A stretch of 63,993 nt of DNA, filler included, from Sphacelaria rigidula (Eukaryota), in NCBI GenBank assembly GCA_964200075.2. It is 3 parts of 3 records of this genome, joined end to end, with 100 filler letters (N's around TTAATTAATTAA, not from the genome) between each part and the next. Parts side by side here need not be neighbours in the genome. Positions count along the whole stretch, not along the records: positions 21,844 to 43,584 come from CAXNAA020000390.1; positions 43,685 to 63,993 come from CAXNAA020000546.1; 1 more part is not named here. The stretch is one strand, 5' to 3'. Below are positions 39,027 to 51,058 of this stretch, in pieces. The first letter of the stretch is position 1. Each line of letters begins with the position of its first letter. The notes beneath the pieces are model-generated. The model made no database searches. It had not been told where the DNA came from and was given only the letters and a program-made list of their open reading frames with translations. Made by a program: the position numbers and the translations under genes.

Positions 39027-41488
39027 TAACGTGCGGAAAAATAATGAATAATGATTAACTCCCTCGACACTGGATCATTTCACACTGAACAAAGCACACC
39101 GCATTCAGCTTCATAGTGGCTGCGCGCCCATCTACCTTACATGGCATGTTTCTCTCAGCGGGTTGATATCTTGACCTCGTTCAGGGTGAGCCAACCAAAC
39201 GCTGCGCGTGTGCTCGAAAATGACATTGAGGCCGTGTCTCATCATTATTGTTGCTATCGAACGAATTAGTGCGGTGGCATTGGATTCGCTCCATGTGCGC
39301 GGTTTGGGTTGTTACACGCTTTCGATTGGAAAAGACGGTGGAATTCGTGAAGCGGTACTTACTCACTCGTATTCAGTACAGACAGTACAGTGCTGTCTGA
39401 CTGTCTGCACAGTGTGTGTGTTTCGTACAGTAGGATACGAAGAAGGGGACAGCATGCAGTGTAGACAGCACAGGACTGTCCATACTCTTCCCGTACAGGG
39501 GAATGCAAGAAAAGGATGAACAACGCTGTACTGTCCGTGAGCGTGCACGCAAGTCGGTCGCCCACCCTACTACACAATTCCGTCGCCGACCTTTACAATA
39601 AACGACAATGCCCAAGTTTTTGCCGCCAAAAAAACACATCATGCCAAGAGGCTGCTGGCAGTGTCGGTTCACAACTACTGCAGTGCATGTAACCTGTGTT
39701 CAACTCTTCATCTATGCTGCAGGCTTGTCTTGGTCGTTGAGAAAATTGTGCGAGGTTTGCATGTTTCTGTGAAAGGGTGGTATCAAGCGTGCTGTCCCTT
39801 TATTTATTTCCATCGCGTTATTCGATCGAAAAAGGCCGCGTCTCATCGACACCGAAACAAGCAGGCGGGAAAAGGAACAAGCCACCAGAAGCATGTTGAT
39901 AAGTCGCCGCAACCATAGACCCTCCGCCCGGCGATCAATCAATGTGCTTTTGAACGCTTGATCCTTTTCTCGCTTTATTATTTGGTCTCGACAAGACACG
40001 GCCTGAGCTTTTCTGCTTTTCACCCTGCCGGTCACCCGCGAATAATTATAAAACGTGTGTGAAGTTATCATAGAACATGAATGAATTGGGCATGTTAGAT
40101 ACGAACGAATTCAATTCCGCTGCACGTTTTTTCAGCATGGGCGTTAGGGATATTTTTCTATTTCTTTCATTTCCGCTCATTTCGTGCCGGAACAGTGGGT
40201 TTAATGCTGCAATTTGGATGTTCGGACGAGTACCGAATCCGCCATTTTGTATCACTGGTTTTGTTCCCCATAGCATGTGGTCTTTATTAAAGTAAAAGTT
40301 CAACGGGCCGCCACAGCAGCATTGGGATATCGCACTTTTTGAACCACAAACCTAGTTCCTTGACCGTACTTCCAGGCTTTGACCCCCGATACCCCCGTTT
40401 GACCTATGCGTCCTTGTGTCACCGCGATGTGGAATCATTGCCTACAGGATTGTATGGGCGAATATCCAGTTGTTTATGCAAGGACGATGATGATAAAACG
40501 TGTTGCTAAAAGCCGTCGTTTCTTGCCCTGAGGTGTGCGGTGCTGCAATGTCTGTTCGACTACGAAGGGAAGGGGCCCGGGAGTTTAATCCCCCCCCCTC
40601 ACCCCCAACAATTCGCTGTACAGTACGAGACTTGGACATTTTCAATTTCTAACTTTGCCAACACATGTTCGCGCTGGCTCTCAGGCTTTCACCCAACGGT
40701 ACTGTACTGTACATGGGCCAGAAAGGATATTAACGGGGCTGGGTACACGACAGACACGAAGGTGCATCCATATCTGAGCGAAGTAGGATACACGTGGTCA
40801 TGGGTGTGCATTGTTGTGGCACCGTACACTACAGCCAACAATACCGCATGGGCCAGCTTTGGAGTCAATTGCTTCGTAGGGGTGTTGGCGCATATATTCG
40901 CCATATTAAACCAAATCTCCCCACTGGTGTGTGTGGCGGAGACTGAAAATAACAGATACGGTGAGAACACGAGGGCGGCTGAAAACACCAGACGGCGCTG
41001 AACCGATTCCAGAAATCAACATCTCAGCAACTTCAGGTCTCCCACATTGTTCACCGCAATACATGTGCGAGGTCATGGTACCTGAGTATCACAACTTGGA
41101 ATACAACCGTGAACGGGGGAGAAACGGGCATGATTTACTTATCCCCAGCGACGGATCACTTCGTGCGACCCTGTTTTGGGTTCAACAAACAGGGTAGCAG
41201 CAGGAAGGGTATGTGCTAGGGGGGTACCACCGAACGGGAACGGAAAATCGTTCCGAATTGCGCAAACTACGTCAACTTCATCTCTCCGTCAACGTGTATG
41301 TGTGCCCACGACACGAATCCATCCCGAGTGTTGCTGCACACTCCACGTGATTCCTACAGCACACTGCAATACGCAGAGATGAAGATGAACCGGCTTAAAA
41401 CAAATGCAAATCCATGGCAAACATCCACGCAAGCAGGCAGCTAGCATCTGGGTTATTCAGCTGACACGATATCACACTTGAAACCTCC

Positions 41489-41860
41489 TCACCCATGGGG
41501 CGCCCAGCGATCCTCGCCGTGCTTTTGCTCTCCAGCAGCACCCCACATATCCATCATGGCCAGGCTCGAGCCCATACCCCGGGTTGGTGTGAGGCACAGC
41601 ATTGATGCAGCGAGTACCAGCACTCTCATAAGAGGAAGCACCCATGTCCTAAGTCTAGCCCGCCTGCTTCTAAAACTCGTGCCTCGGCTGTCATGCCCCC
41701 CTCCAGCATCCTGATCATCGTCGCCATCAAGACAGCATCCATATTTACTGTTGATTTTGGGCTGCACTAAGACCAATCCGGCACGGACTTCTGTGAGGTT
41801 TGGCTTTCTGATTCCACTAATAGCGTTGTTGCCGCCAATATTTGACAGCTTGGCGTACAT
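41489..41860 (-). CDS. Possible coding exon of an unidentified gene divergent from GOT1
   Basis: A 123-codon open frame with a hydrophobic segment (WVLPLMRVLVLAASMLCL), ending at a CATGG|GTGAG donor-like site. No family was recognised. Confidence 0.25.
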   Translation of the reverse strand: MYAKLSNIGGNNAISGIRKPNLTEVRAGLVLVQPKINSKYGCCLDGDDDQDAGGGHDSRGTSFRSRRARLRTWVLPLMRVLVLAASMLCLTPTRGMGSSLAMMDMWGAAGEQKHGEDRWAPHG

Positions 41861-42756
41861 AGTAGAAACGGGACTACAATCGGAGGTGGCTCACAAGCCA
41901 CCTCTCTCCCTGATACGCTGGTAAGGCTTGCGTTTCTTCCGCGGAAAAAAATGGTCATAATCTTTTGGACGTACGTGAAAAACACTCAGGGTGGGCTCCT
42001 CGGAGTTCTCAGGGTGTTCCGTTTCTGTTTGTCCATCAAATTATCCATTTCCCATTTCTGTTTACCCTCGGGACGACAAGAGATCGACCTATGTCTCACC
42101 CATGGAAAATTTTAAATCAAGGTATACCACAGAAAAATCAACGATAGGAGCTTCTATGAGGGAGAGAGAAGTTTGCGTCGGGTGAGGGGTCGTAAAATGC
42201 ACAGATATTATTTTGTTCATCTGAAAACTGCACAACACAACGGACTAGTTGTCAGTCTTGAAACTATTATCATAGACAAAACAATAGGGGTTTTCTGAAC
42301 ATTGCAGATTCCAAATAGCGCAGATTTTAAAAATGGCGGTGACTCGGTCATCGCCAAAGGGTATGACATGGTAGATATGTCATTGCTTTGGTTATCGCGT
42401 ACAATCACAAGACAATTCGTTATTCAGACCCGAAGTCACAGAAAAATAGGTGACCAATCAACATTGGCCAGGTGAAAAGAACGTACACGGAACGGTACGG
42501 CTGCGGGACTGCTCTACAAGCGGCCAATCCTCATCTAACACAGAACTGCCGGGCAGCAACAATCAAACAACTTCGCTGTTGCCACGTCTAGGCGTGGTTG
42601 GCTTTCGGGACGGTTCGGTTTGCGTGGCTTTGGTGGAGTAGGTAGTCGCAAACGGAGCTTGTTCTGTGGCGGCTACACTGCAGGAAGTCAGGAGTAGAGA
42701 GACACAATACAGACAGTGGTGGTACAGCGCAGGAGGAACGGGCGGAGATTGCAGCC

Positions 42757-42868
42757 ATGCTATCGGTGTCCGATAACAGGAAGATAGGGACGGGGTTGCT
42801 GGCCTTGGGAGGCATCTTTTTGTTTCTGGGCGTCTTGTTCTTCTTCGATGCGGGGCTGTTGGCCATCG
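42757..42868 (+). CDS. GOT1: Vesicle transport protein GOT1, first exon only
   Basis: MLSVSDNRKIGTGLLALGGIFLFLGVLFFFDAGLLAIG matches the Got1/GOLT1 N-terminus. Start context is GCAGCCATG and the donor is G|GTGAG. No further exons were found, so they are presumably in the gap. Confidence 0.85.
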
Positions 42869-43507
42869 GTGAGTTGTTTGCTCTTGGGCTCACATTTACT
42901 GCATCTCCAGTCTCAGAGCTATCAACGTGTCGGGATAGAAAACAAGTGCACAAACAGGACAACAGACGACATTATCGTACCTTACCGCGCTCTCAGCTCT
43001 CGGCACAAGATCACAATACGAGTCTCGAAACGCCTTTTTTGAAGAGGAGAAAAAGACGTCGGCGCACTACCAAGGTCACGGAGTATAACACCCCTACTCT
43101 CTTGAATGCTTTTCCGATCTCCATTCGCTCGAAAATAGCGACAGTGCCGTGACTTGTGTCGCTGGCAGATCTCATTGCGATCATCTGATACTTTCCATCT
43201 TCCGGGAGTACAAAATATTCCCGTTTCTTATCCAAGGAAAAGAACTTATTGTCGGTCGGAGGTGGTGACTCCGTCATCTACACACTTCGCCCTTGCCCTT
43301 CGGGTGGATCTCTTGTGTGGTTTCATGGGTTGGGTGTGATGGCAATTTGGTACGTTGTGACTGTTTATTACTCTGCATTGCCGCGTCTGATTGGTTCCTG
43401 CTCTGCTAGACCTCCCAGAAGAAAAACTCCGTGGATTGGACAAAGCGGCTGATGCTGCAAGCGTCACGATAAAAACCGCATCTCTTGTATTATACAAAAC
43501 ATTAACA

Positions 43508-43584
43508 CTCCCCCGGTGGCTCAGTCGGTAACCTCGTGACCTTCTGATGGTTGAGTAGGGGGGTTCGATTCCCGGAGCGATCTG
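43508..43584 (+). mobile_element. tRNA-like SINE head (family B-like) truncated by the gap
   Basis: CTCCCCCGGTGGCTCAGTCGGT (A box)...GGTTCGATTCCC (B box). The acceptor stem does not pair cleanly. Confidence 0.6.
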
Positions 43585-43684
43585 NNNNNNNNNNNNNNNN
43601 NNNNNNNNNNNNNNNNNNNNNNNNNNNNTTAATTAATTAANNNNNNNNNNNNNNNNNNNNNNNNNNNNNNNNNNNNNNNNNNNN
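43585..43684. other. Assembly gap spacer
   Basis: 100 nt made of an N-run, TTAATTAATTAA and a second N-run. Confidence 0.97.
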
Positions 43685-44574
43685 GCAACAAAAGAGTGCG
43701 CCCCCCCCCCCCCCCCCCATCACACCACTGCTCACCACTCCGCCACCCACCACACTCCACACACACCACACAGCCACTTGCTGCGAACCAGACCGGCCTG
43801 CAACATGACCCGCCTTCAGACTTTAGGCTTTGTGAAAGACTGTAGCGCAGAGTCTGCGGTCGACGTTTCTGCCGAACCGTCTGCATCTGTGTCTGCTACG
43901 GTCGACGCTTCTGCTGAACCGTTTGTATCTGTCTGCTACGGCTGCTGCTGCTGCACCAGTGCCCCCCCCAGTGCCCTCAACCAAAAGTCGAGAGAGCGGG
44001 CAAGCAGAGGTACCCGCCAAGTTTTAGGTTTCGGAAGAGTATACTTCGTTGTGTAGCCGACAATGAAAAAATTGGACCTATGCTGCCGACTTATCCCTTG
44101 TTTGGTACTGAATGGAGAACAGAAAAAGCGAGCGCACATTTGCATTCACCATTATTCATTGCCCAGTTTCGACGTTTGGCGCGTTCGTTATTGAATAATG
44201 AGTGTGTTCGCAGTGCGCAGTGCGCAGAGCCGAGGCAAACGCTCAAATTCGATGGAAAAATGACTGAATAGTGGCCGGGAAATTTACTTTGGTATATCAC
44301 CGGCTTGAACAACACACTTTCTATCATACATCACACCTCGAGTTGTGATCAACTACCTCTTTTGGGGCTTGCCCCTTGCACGGTGAACCATTTTTGTCAA
44401 ACCGAGGCATCACGCCGCGTGTTGTGCCGCCACTTCTATGATGTCAGATAACAAATCACGAATCACACACTGGCGCTACTGTACCTTCGTACGATCAGGT
44501 GTGCACCCACTCTGGGTTAGGTTGCTAGTGTTAGTGTAGGACCGTGAGGTCTTGCAAGCTGTGTCCCCACCAAA

Positions 44575-44729
44575 ACAGCCGTATCGTACCGTATCGAGTA
44601 TAAGTATCGAGTATCGATACGTATCGGGTCATGTCCGCGTATCGAAAAAAATATCGGTACTGACGTCTTGAGGTCGATACGATGAAAATATCGTATCGAA
44701 CTTTTTTTTCCGTTCGATATTCAACACTG
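44575..44729. mobile_element. Fragment of a TATCG-rich MITE family
   Basis: Dense TATCG/CGATA motifs ending in TTCAACACTG, the same terminus as 59252-59609. Confidence 0.6.
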
Positions 44730-45348
44730 GTGTGTGTGCTTGTGTGTGCTTGCATAGCCTCGTGGACATTAGGATAAAGTAAAATGCGCCTTGGCCGTGA
44801 CATAGACACCATTAGACTCATTGCATAAACAGAGCTCTACAATTGACGGGAACATGATCGCTACGTAGCCGTCACAGTTCTCTCAGCTAACAGGCATTTT
44901 GACTGCTGCAAAAACAGTTCTCTTGGACCCAAAACAGTAGCGGTCACTGTCAATCGTTCTGAATGATTCTGTCGGTCACAAGGTTGGTATGCGAGGAAGA
45001 CAAGCGCACAAGAAACCATACCTGCTAGTTCGTAGAGTGCGGTACTTGCTTACATCATCGTGCTGGCATGCACAGTACGGAAACTGGTACAGCAAGGAGT
45101 TTTGAGACTTTTGCACGTCGTGGAAAATGACACATTCGTGCTAGGGCGAATCAATTGCATGTGTAGCATGCTACATGGGGGAGCTGATTCCATCGAAAGT
45201 AACTATTTGATTGATATGAACGCTAGAACTCAAGTAAAGGCTGGCATACACGAGTGCAGTTGGACAAACTTGACCGCGAGCGAATTACTCTTGGAAGTGA
45301 GAATCAGCCTTGAAGTGAGTCTCATCCCGTGTTTTCTCAAGGTCTGAA

Positions 45349-45705
45349 TGTCCCAGATAGTTGGATAAATCGAAAGGAACTGCGGTGCTTTCAGGCGGTG
45401 GAGAGCATCTTCCGACTCCCTTTGGTGAGATCTCGAACCGTCATCGTTTCCATTTTAAATTGACGGTGAGATCCAGATGGCTCTCCCTGGAGGGAACAGC
45501 CGATTGACCGCCGGTGACGCTTTAATCGCGACTGCCGATAATTTTTTGACGGGGAAGGGAACATCAAAACTGAGTTTCAACTCGAGGATCGTCTCGTTTC
45601 ACCGAAAGTGGCACGTGGCGAATTCCCGCAGACAGGTCGAAACGGGAAAATGAATTGGGTAACGGATCTCCGGATCTTCACCGAAGCGTAAACATCCGTT
45701 ACCAA
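45349..45705 (+). ncRNA. Candidate structured RNA of unknown class (chain of adjacent hairpins)
   Basis: At least eight near-contiguous stems were found by eye, many with plus-strand G-U pairs (see findings). No known family was recognised. Confidence 0.35.
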
Positions 45706-47172
45706 ATGTCTTGCTCCAGTGCTACAGTTCAGGAACACTTTTTATTCGTTGGCAAGCTGTACCCTGGCGCCAAGAGCCGGCAACCGTAATTTTCGAAAAC
45801 AAATTGGAACATGGAACAGAGAACAGGGATTGTGAATGACTATTATTATGGTGTGCTTCGGCTTCATGCCGTTCGGCACAAAACTCTTGCACATACTACG
45901 TAACCCCACAAGGGTACATAAGGACGCTCGCAGCGTTACGAGTCGCATGTGCATGCCTAGCAATTTGACCTCTCGGCGATGCCCATTTGTCTGTGTGCAG
46001 CTTGCTTTTCTACTCCCTCTTCCTCTGTGTTGTGTGCACATGCCATTAATGACTCACATCAATCAAACAGACAGTATTTATTCCTACCGAGCAGTCACCT
46101 TTCGACCGTTGGGTGGGTCATGCAGGCCTCACATTCATGTTCCCAGAACAGACAATTCTGGTCCAAAAGATAGCCCACCGTGACGGCCAAAAGGCCATCC
46201 AGTCTCGAAAGAGAGAAACCGAGTCACATTGATAGAGCAACCCGGATACGATCAGTGGTACTCTCTCCCTTTCCCCAGCTTTCAAAGTAATGTGCAAGAT
46301 CCAGGAGGCTTGGAGTTGGTAAAAACAGGAAGACTGGTCTGCGGTGAAGGCGAAAGGAGATGAAAGGGGGATGGTCAAAGGCTCGCGGCGCCGATGTTCT
46401 TCTTCCTTCCAAGCGACTTGAAAACATCAGCATCGAACCACAGTACTATCTGTGTTGTACAGTGTGCCTTCAGTATAAGTAGATGGAAAATATATCACAG
46501 TCAAACAGCCGCACACCGCACGCACGTGTATTACACGACTACAAAGCTATCACAACCAAGTGCCAGATCCTCCCGGCCACGATGCTCTCGATAGCACGAG
46601 GATCTTGCGTCATCAAGGATGCGGACATCATGGCGTTGCGGCTGGCTGTGTGCCGGCCAAGATCTTCATGCTGTGTGGTTGCTTGCGGTGGGGGTGATGC
46701 AGACCCACAGGATACGGGGTATGTTTTTCCAACGGGGACAATGTTTCTCGCACAAGGCACACAACATGGCATACAGCAACAAGCACCGCGACAGGCCGGG
46801 AATGCGCAAAGGTATTAGTACACCTATATTAATCCAAAATATGATGTATTAGCAACGTCCCTACAACCAACAGCGTTGTTGGCCAAGGTTATAGCAGCAC
46901 CTCACGAAAACGGTTGAGAATATGCTCCCCACTGCTTGAAAGACCCGAAATTGCTTCCCTCGTATTCAACTTTTTGGGACTTTGGACGTGGAAAAAGATC
47001 ACACGAAATCTTCAAGGCTGAGACTTATTCTGCATGTTCGTACAATTTATGGTGCCTACTTTGCATGAGCATTTCATGCGGTTGTGGACGCTTCCCTTGC
47101 CCTTTCTCCCCACCCTTCCACCGGCGTATATGAATAATGACATATCTGACCCGGCATTGGGGGGAAAAGTTC

Positions 47173-48639
47173 CACACGTCGAACAGATCAGCTTCCTGTA
47201 GCTCGAGCTCGCTCTTTTTTAGCGTAGCTCCCTAGTGACCTATGAGAGCTGTGTGAGCTACGCGTGATTTTCCTGGATGACCTACGAGAGCAACAGGAGC
47301 AGCGCATGTTTGCCCTAGGTGAGCTACCAACCCGTAGCTCATCAGCTCATATTCGCCCTGGGTGAGCTATGAGAGCTGCATGAGCTATGCATGTTTGCCC
47401 TACGTGAGCTACTGAACCATAGCCCAACAGCTCATATTCGCCGCGGGTGAGCTATGAGAGCTGCATGAGCTACGCACGTTTGTCCTGGATGAGCTATGAG
47501 GGCTGCATGAGCTACGCATGTGTGCCCTCGATGAGTTTTGAGAGCTACATGAGCTACGCATGTTTGCCCTGGTTGAGCTAAATAGCTAGGGGAGCTACGC
47601 CGATTTCGGAGTCGTTTCGGTTCCGATGCCCATGCACGTTGATACGTGAAAGTGGCTACATGTGTATATACGCAACGGTATATACATATATATATATATT
47701 ATATCCGCAACGGTTACATGTGTATATACACAACTGTGATCCGTTTTGTGCAGTGATGGATTTGCTGTTTGTAAACACCAACAATGACCGCATCAGAAGC
47801 CATCCCCGCTGTGGCCACCACGCCCACACACAACCACACGAATACACAACCCGACCTACAAGACGATCGACGTGGAGGAAGAGGTGAGCACACATACCAT
47901 ATTTGATCGCTCAACGCTTTGACCGCGAGGGTAGGCGATCACTTGAATCGACATCATTCACACCCAAAAAATATGAATTATGCTGGTTTTACAGATCACC
48001 TACCCTCGCGGTCAAAGGGTCGACCATTTTGACAGCGAACGCAGGTCATCTGTTGCATCGGCTTCAATTTCACTTGAAAAAAGTGAGCATGACCAGATGG
48101 ACTCGTACCCTCGCGGCCAAGCAATCAAACGCAATAAAGTGGTCGATTATTAACGACACCGAATCTTGATCATTAGTTGAACCATTCGACCATGCAAAGG
48201 AGGATTGGCGTTAAGCTCTTCTTTTACAACCGCGAAAAGCAAGGCAGAAAACCCCGACCTAATGATATGTTACGCCGTCCATTCGAACAAGAATGTAATA
48301 TCATGAGCGACACCGGGTTTGCCAGCTGCGAGATATAGGCACATGACGTGAGTGAGCTACGAGCATTTGTTCCCGGAGTAAGCAACCGGGCGTCGCTGAT
48401 ACACTCATGCTTTTCCTGGGTGAGCTATAAGAGCTGCGTGAGCTACGCATGATCTTCCTGGGTAGGCTATAAGAGCTACATGAGCTACGCATATTTGTCC
48501 TGGGGTGAAGTACCAACCCGTAGCTCATCAGCGCACGTTCACCTTGGGTGAGCTATCGGACGTAGCTCGCATGTACATGTTTGACTATAAGTGAGCTACA
48601 GCTCGCAGATGAGCTAGCTCATGAGCTGTCCGACGTGTG
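47173..48639. mobile_element. TIR element with GAGCTA subterminal arrays, interrupted by nested insertions
   Basis: TIRs CACACGTCGAACAG / CTGTCCGACGTGTG. Flanks AAAAGTTC / GAAAGTTC (7/8 TSD match). GAGCTA/TAGCTC arrays lie at ~47190-47600 and ~48350-48625. Confidence 0.72.
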
Positions 48640-49948
48640 GAAAGTTCCGACATGAGTAATGACGAGCCAAAGGGATTCCAAGAACACGTCAGCTCACAGT
48701 CCTGCACGATATAGACGTAGAAGTGTTTGCTCTATGCCTCTCAGAAATGTACGTCTATTGGACCCAGGGAGAAAACATTGTGAACATGGGGCGGGCGGAA
48801 TGTACGGCTCGCTGGGTATATTCCTTGCCACCCAGCAACATTAGCCGGACGTTACGCATTGTTTACTTTGCTTTTTCTCTGCCGTGTTTTTCTATTTTTA
48901 TACCGTGCGTTATTCCATTGATGCCGACCACTGTGGTATCCCCATGATCGCATCTCCTACCCGCACGGCAGTATAATGTGCTGTGCTGCCCGGGCGACGT
49001 GTCGTGTATTTCACAAAAGCATGCTTCATGTAGGGTTATGTATCGGCATCGGTACATTCGGTGGTATCAGACGATGGATATTGTGTAGGACATCGAGAAA
49101 TCGGACCGATGGTTTAGGGGGGTGTTACACAGAGTAGAGAGGCATACTATACAGGGAAACGGGGAGGTTACTGATAGCTCAGTGCTCCGCACCACCACAC
49201 AGCACACAGACACACGAGCGCGTTCACGTTACAGCTGTTGGTCTGTAACACGCATACCTGCGGTTCTCAGCCAGCTCTGACGGTGAAGAGGATGTGTAGC
49301 AGGATGGGGCTTCGACCCACGCCGGAGGTGGATTTCCGCATATAAGACACATAAACTAGACCTCGACTTCCTCATACTCAAGAAGTAAACTACTCATCCA
49401 AAACAAATGAAAAAGCACATGACAAGGAGGTTGGTTCTTCACGTAATTTGTACCCCCGTACCTACTTGTCAATAGGACCAGTTCCTCTTGTAGGCATATA
49501 GAACCACTACCCCCCCCCCCCTGCCCCCCGCTCCCCTCGCCAATTCTCGTATGACCACCTCGACTGCTGTAGAAATTATGTGGTAACTTTTTTGCCGAAG
49601 TTCAGCTACTCGGTACACCATCAGTTTTGATGGCACAGTTTGGATCGATTTTAATGAGGAACGAAGCGAAACTGCCCCAACTTTCTTGCTTCAAGCGGCG
49701 CCTTTAGCGGTCCCCCGTCGTAGGTGGGGAGGGGGGGATGGGAGTGCTCACACAGCGAGCTCCATCGGCTTCGCTGGGTTGCTCAGTGTGCTTGGTATAT
49801 CGGCTCCGCTGATGGCATGTGTTGCTGTATATTGTTTATTGCTACCGATACGCACCCCTAGCTTTCTGCACCACTCGTACGGATAATTTGAACGTCAGTA
49901 ATGGCGTGCATGTGTTGCAGTAGATAGCTCGTAAGAAGAACCACGCTC

Positions 49949-50452
49949 TCACCCGAGCGGTATGCCGCGATTTCGTCTCTGCCGTGGGGCCCCCGCGTCG
50001 ACAGAGCGGCTGTTGGATAACACTGGTGCATTCAATACCGTCGGGGGTATGCCCATTTTGACCGTAGATTCCGTTGGTGCCAAACCTACGGTACCCTTAG
50101 TCTTTCTGGCATCACGTAAGATAGCTTCCACATTCACCGTCTTTGATCCTTTCGATGAAGTACGCTCCATGTTCCCTCCGTCAGAACCTGAAAGTCCCGG
50201 CGGTGGTTTTGGTGACCGACTTGCTCTCCTCGTTCGGTTTCGATCACTACTGGATAACAAGCTCGTTTTCCTCGTTTGGTTGTTAGCAAAAGCTGTACGG
50301 CCGTTGTTTGAACGGGTGTCCATACTCAAGACTCGTCCTCGGTTGGAGAACGATGAGGCGCTGTCTCTTATTAGCGAGCTGTGGGCGGTGGCGACGGATG
50401 GCGTTGTCGTGCCCGCCTCTGACCGAAATACGGCTCCTTTTGGAAGCCACAT
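49949..50452 (-). CDS. Possible first coding exon of an unidentified Ser/Arg-rich protein, head-to-head with V-ATPase d
   Basis: An ATG-initiated 167-codon low-complexity ORF ending at a CTCGG|GTGAG donor-like site. Downstream exons were not resolved. Confidence 0.35.
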   Translation of the reverse strand: MWLPKGAVFRSEAGTTTPSVATAHSSLIRDSASSFSNRGRVLSMDTRSNNGRTAFANNQTRKTSLLSSSDRNRTRRASRSPKPPPGLSGSDGGNMERTSSKGSKTVNVEAILRDARKTKGTVGLAPTESTVKMGIPPTVLNAPVLSNSRSVDAGAPRQRRNRGIPLG

Positions 50453-51058
50453 TGTCGAAGTTCAGCCTCATTAACTGTATATGTCCGTCTGGCGTTTAGG
50501 GGCGAGCTGCCAGAACTCGAGGCTGAAGCGCAGCGGTGACTTCGGCGGCGGCAGCGGTTCTCGTGATGATTTATGCGGTGTTATATGGGCTTGCTGATCT
50601 CAAAACCTCTGGCGATGCATCTTTATCGTCTTTTGATAGACAGCTGTAGCACATGGGAGGGAAGTGGTGGTCATCTGTCATGTGTGTATGTGTGCAACGA
50701 GAGTACACACCGAACCGGCACGCGGCGAAATACTTGACCTTTGACAAAATCGCATCCGCGGGTCTGAGCAGGCCAACAACACATATCTGCCTGGAACGTT
50801 CCGGAGGCACAGCATACACTACGCTCCGTAGTTCACAGCGTGAGTTGTTTAGTACAGTGTCGCTGCTGCACCAGCCGCTCCTGTTGCGTATTCCGGCGAA
50901 AATAACACGAGAGGCGAAGTGGAAAGCTGGTATTCTCGGAATAGAGAGGGAAGGAGAGAGGGCGAGAGACCGTCAGCATACCGACTGTAGGAGGACAGCT
51001 GTGTTGTCGAACCGTCAGTAGAACCGATTTCTTCACCGATTGACCGAAAGCAGCAGCC

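Noticed and set aside
43508-43584. Functional tRNA-Gln(CTG) gene
   Set aside because: A/B boxes and a CTG loop are present, but the acceptor stem does not pair and the head matches a SINE-like repeat at ~9920-9994.
43823-44020. Short minus-strand ORF with a repeated RF.R.VDR motif next to the gap
   Set aside because: It is explained by a small local duplication (GGTCGACG.TTCTGC.GAACCGT twice) and could not be linked to a gene model.
45586-45650. Group II intron domain V or SRP helix 8 resemblance (GAAAGTGGCACGTGGCG; CAGGTCGAAACGG)
   Set aside because: The AGC/CGC triad geometry of domain V and the AGCAG motif of SRP are missing, so the similarity is superficial.
47190-47600. CRISPR-like array
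   Set aside because: These are degenerate tandem sub-repeats without unique spacers, inside a TIR element, in a eukaryotic context with no cas genes.
49962-50474. 170-aa plus-strand ORF
   Set aside because: It is the antisense shadow of the minus-strand ORF, with no splice or family support.
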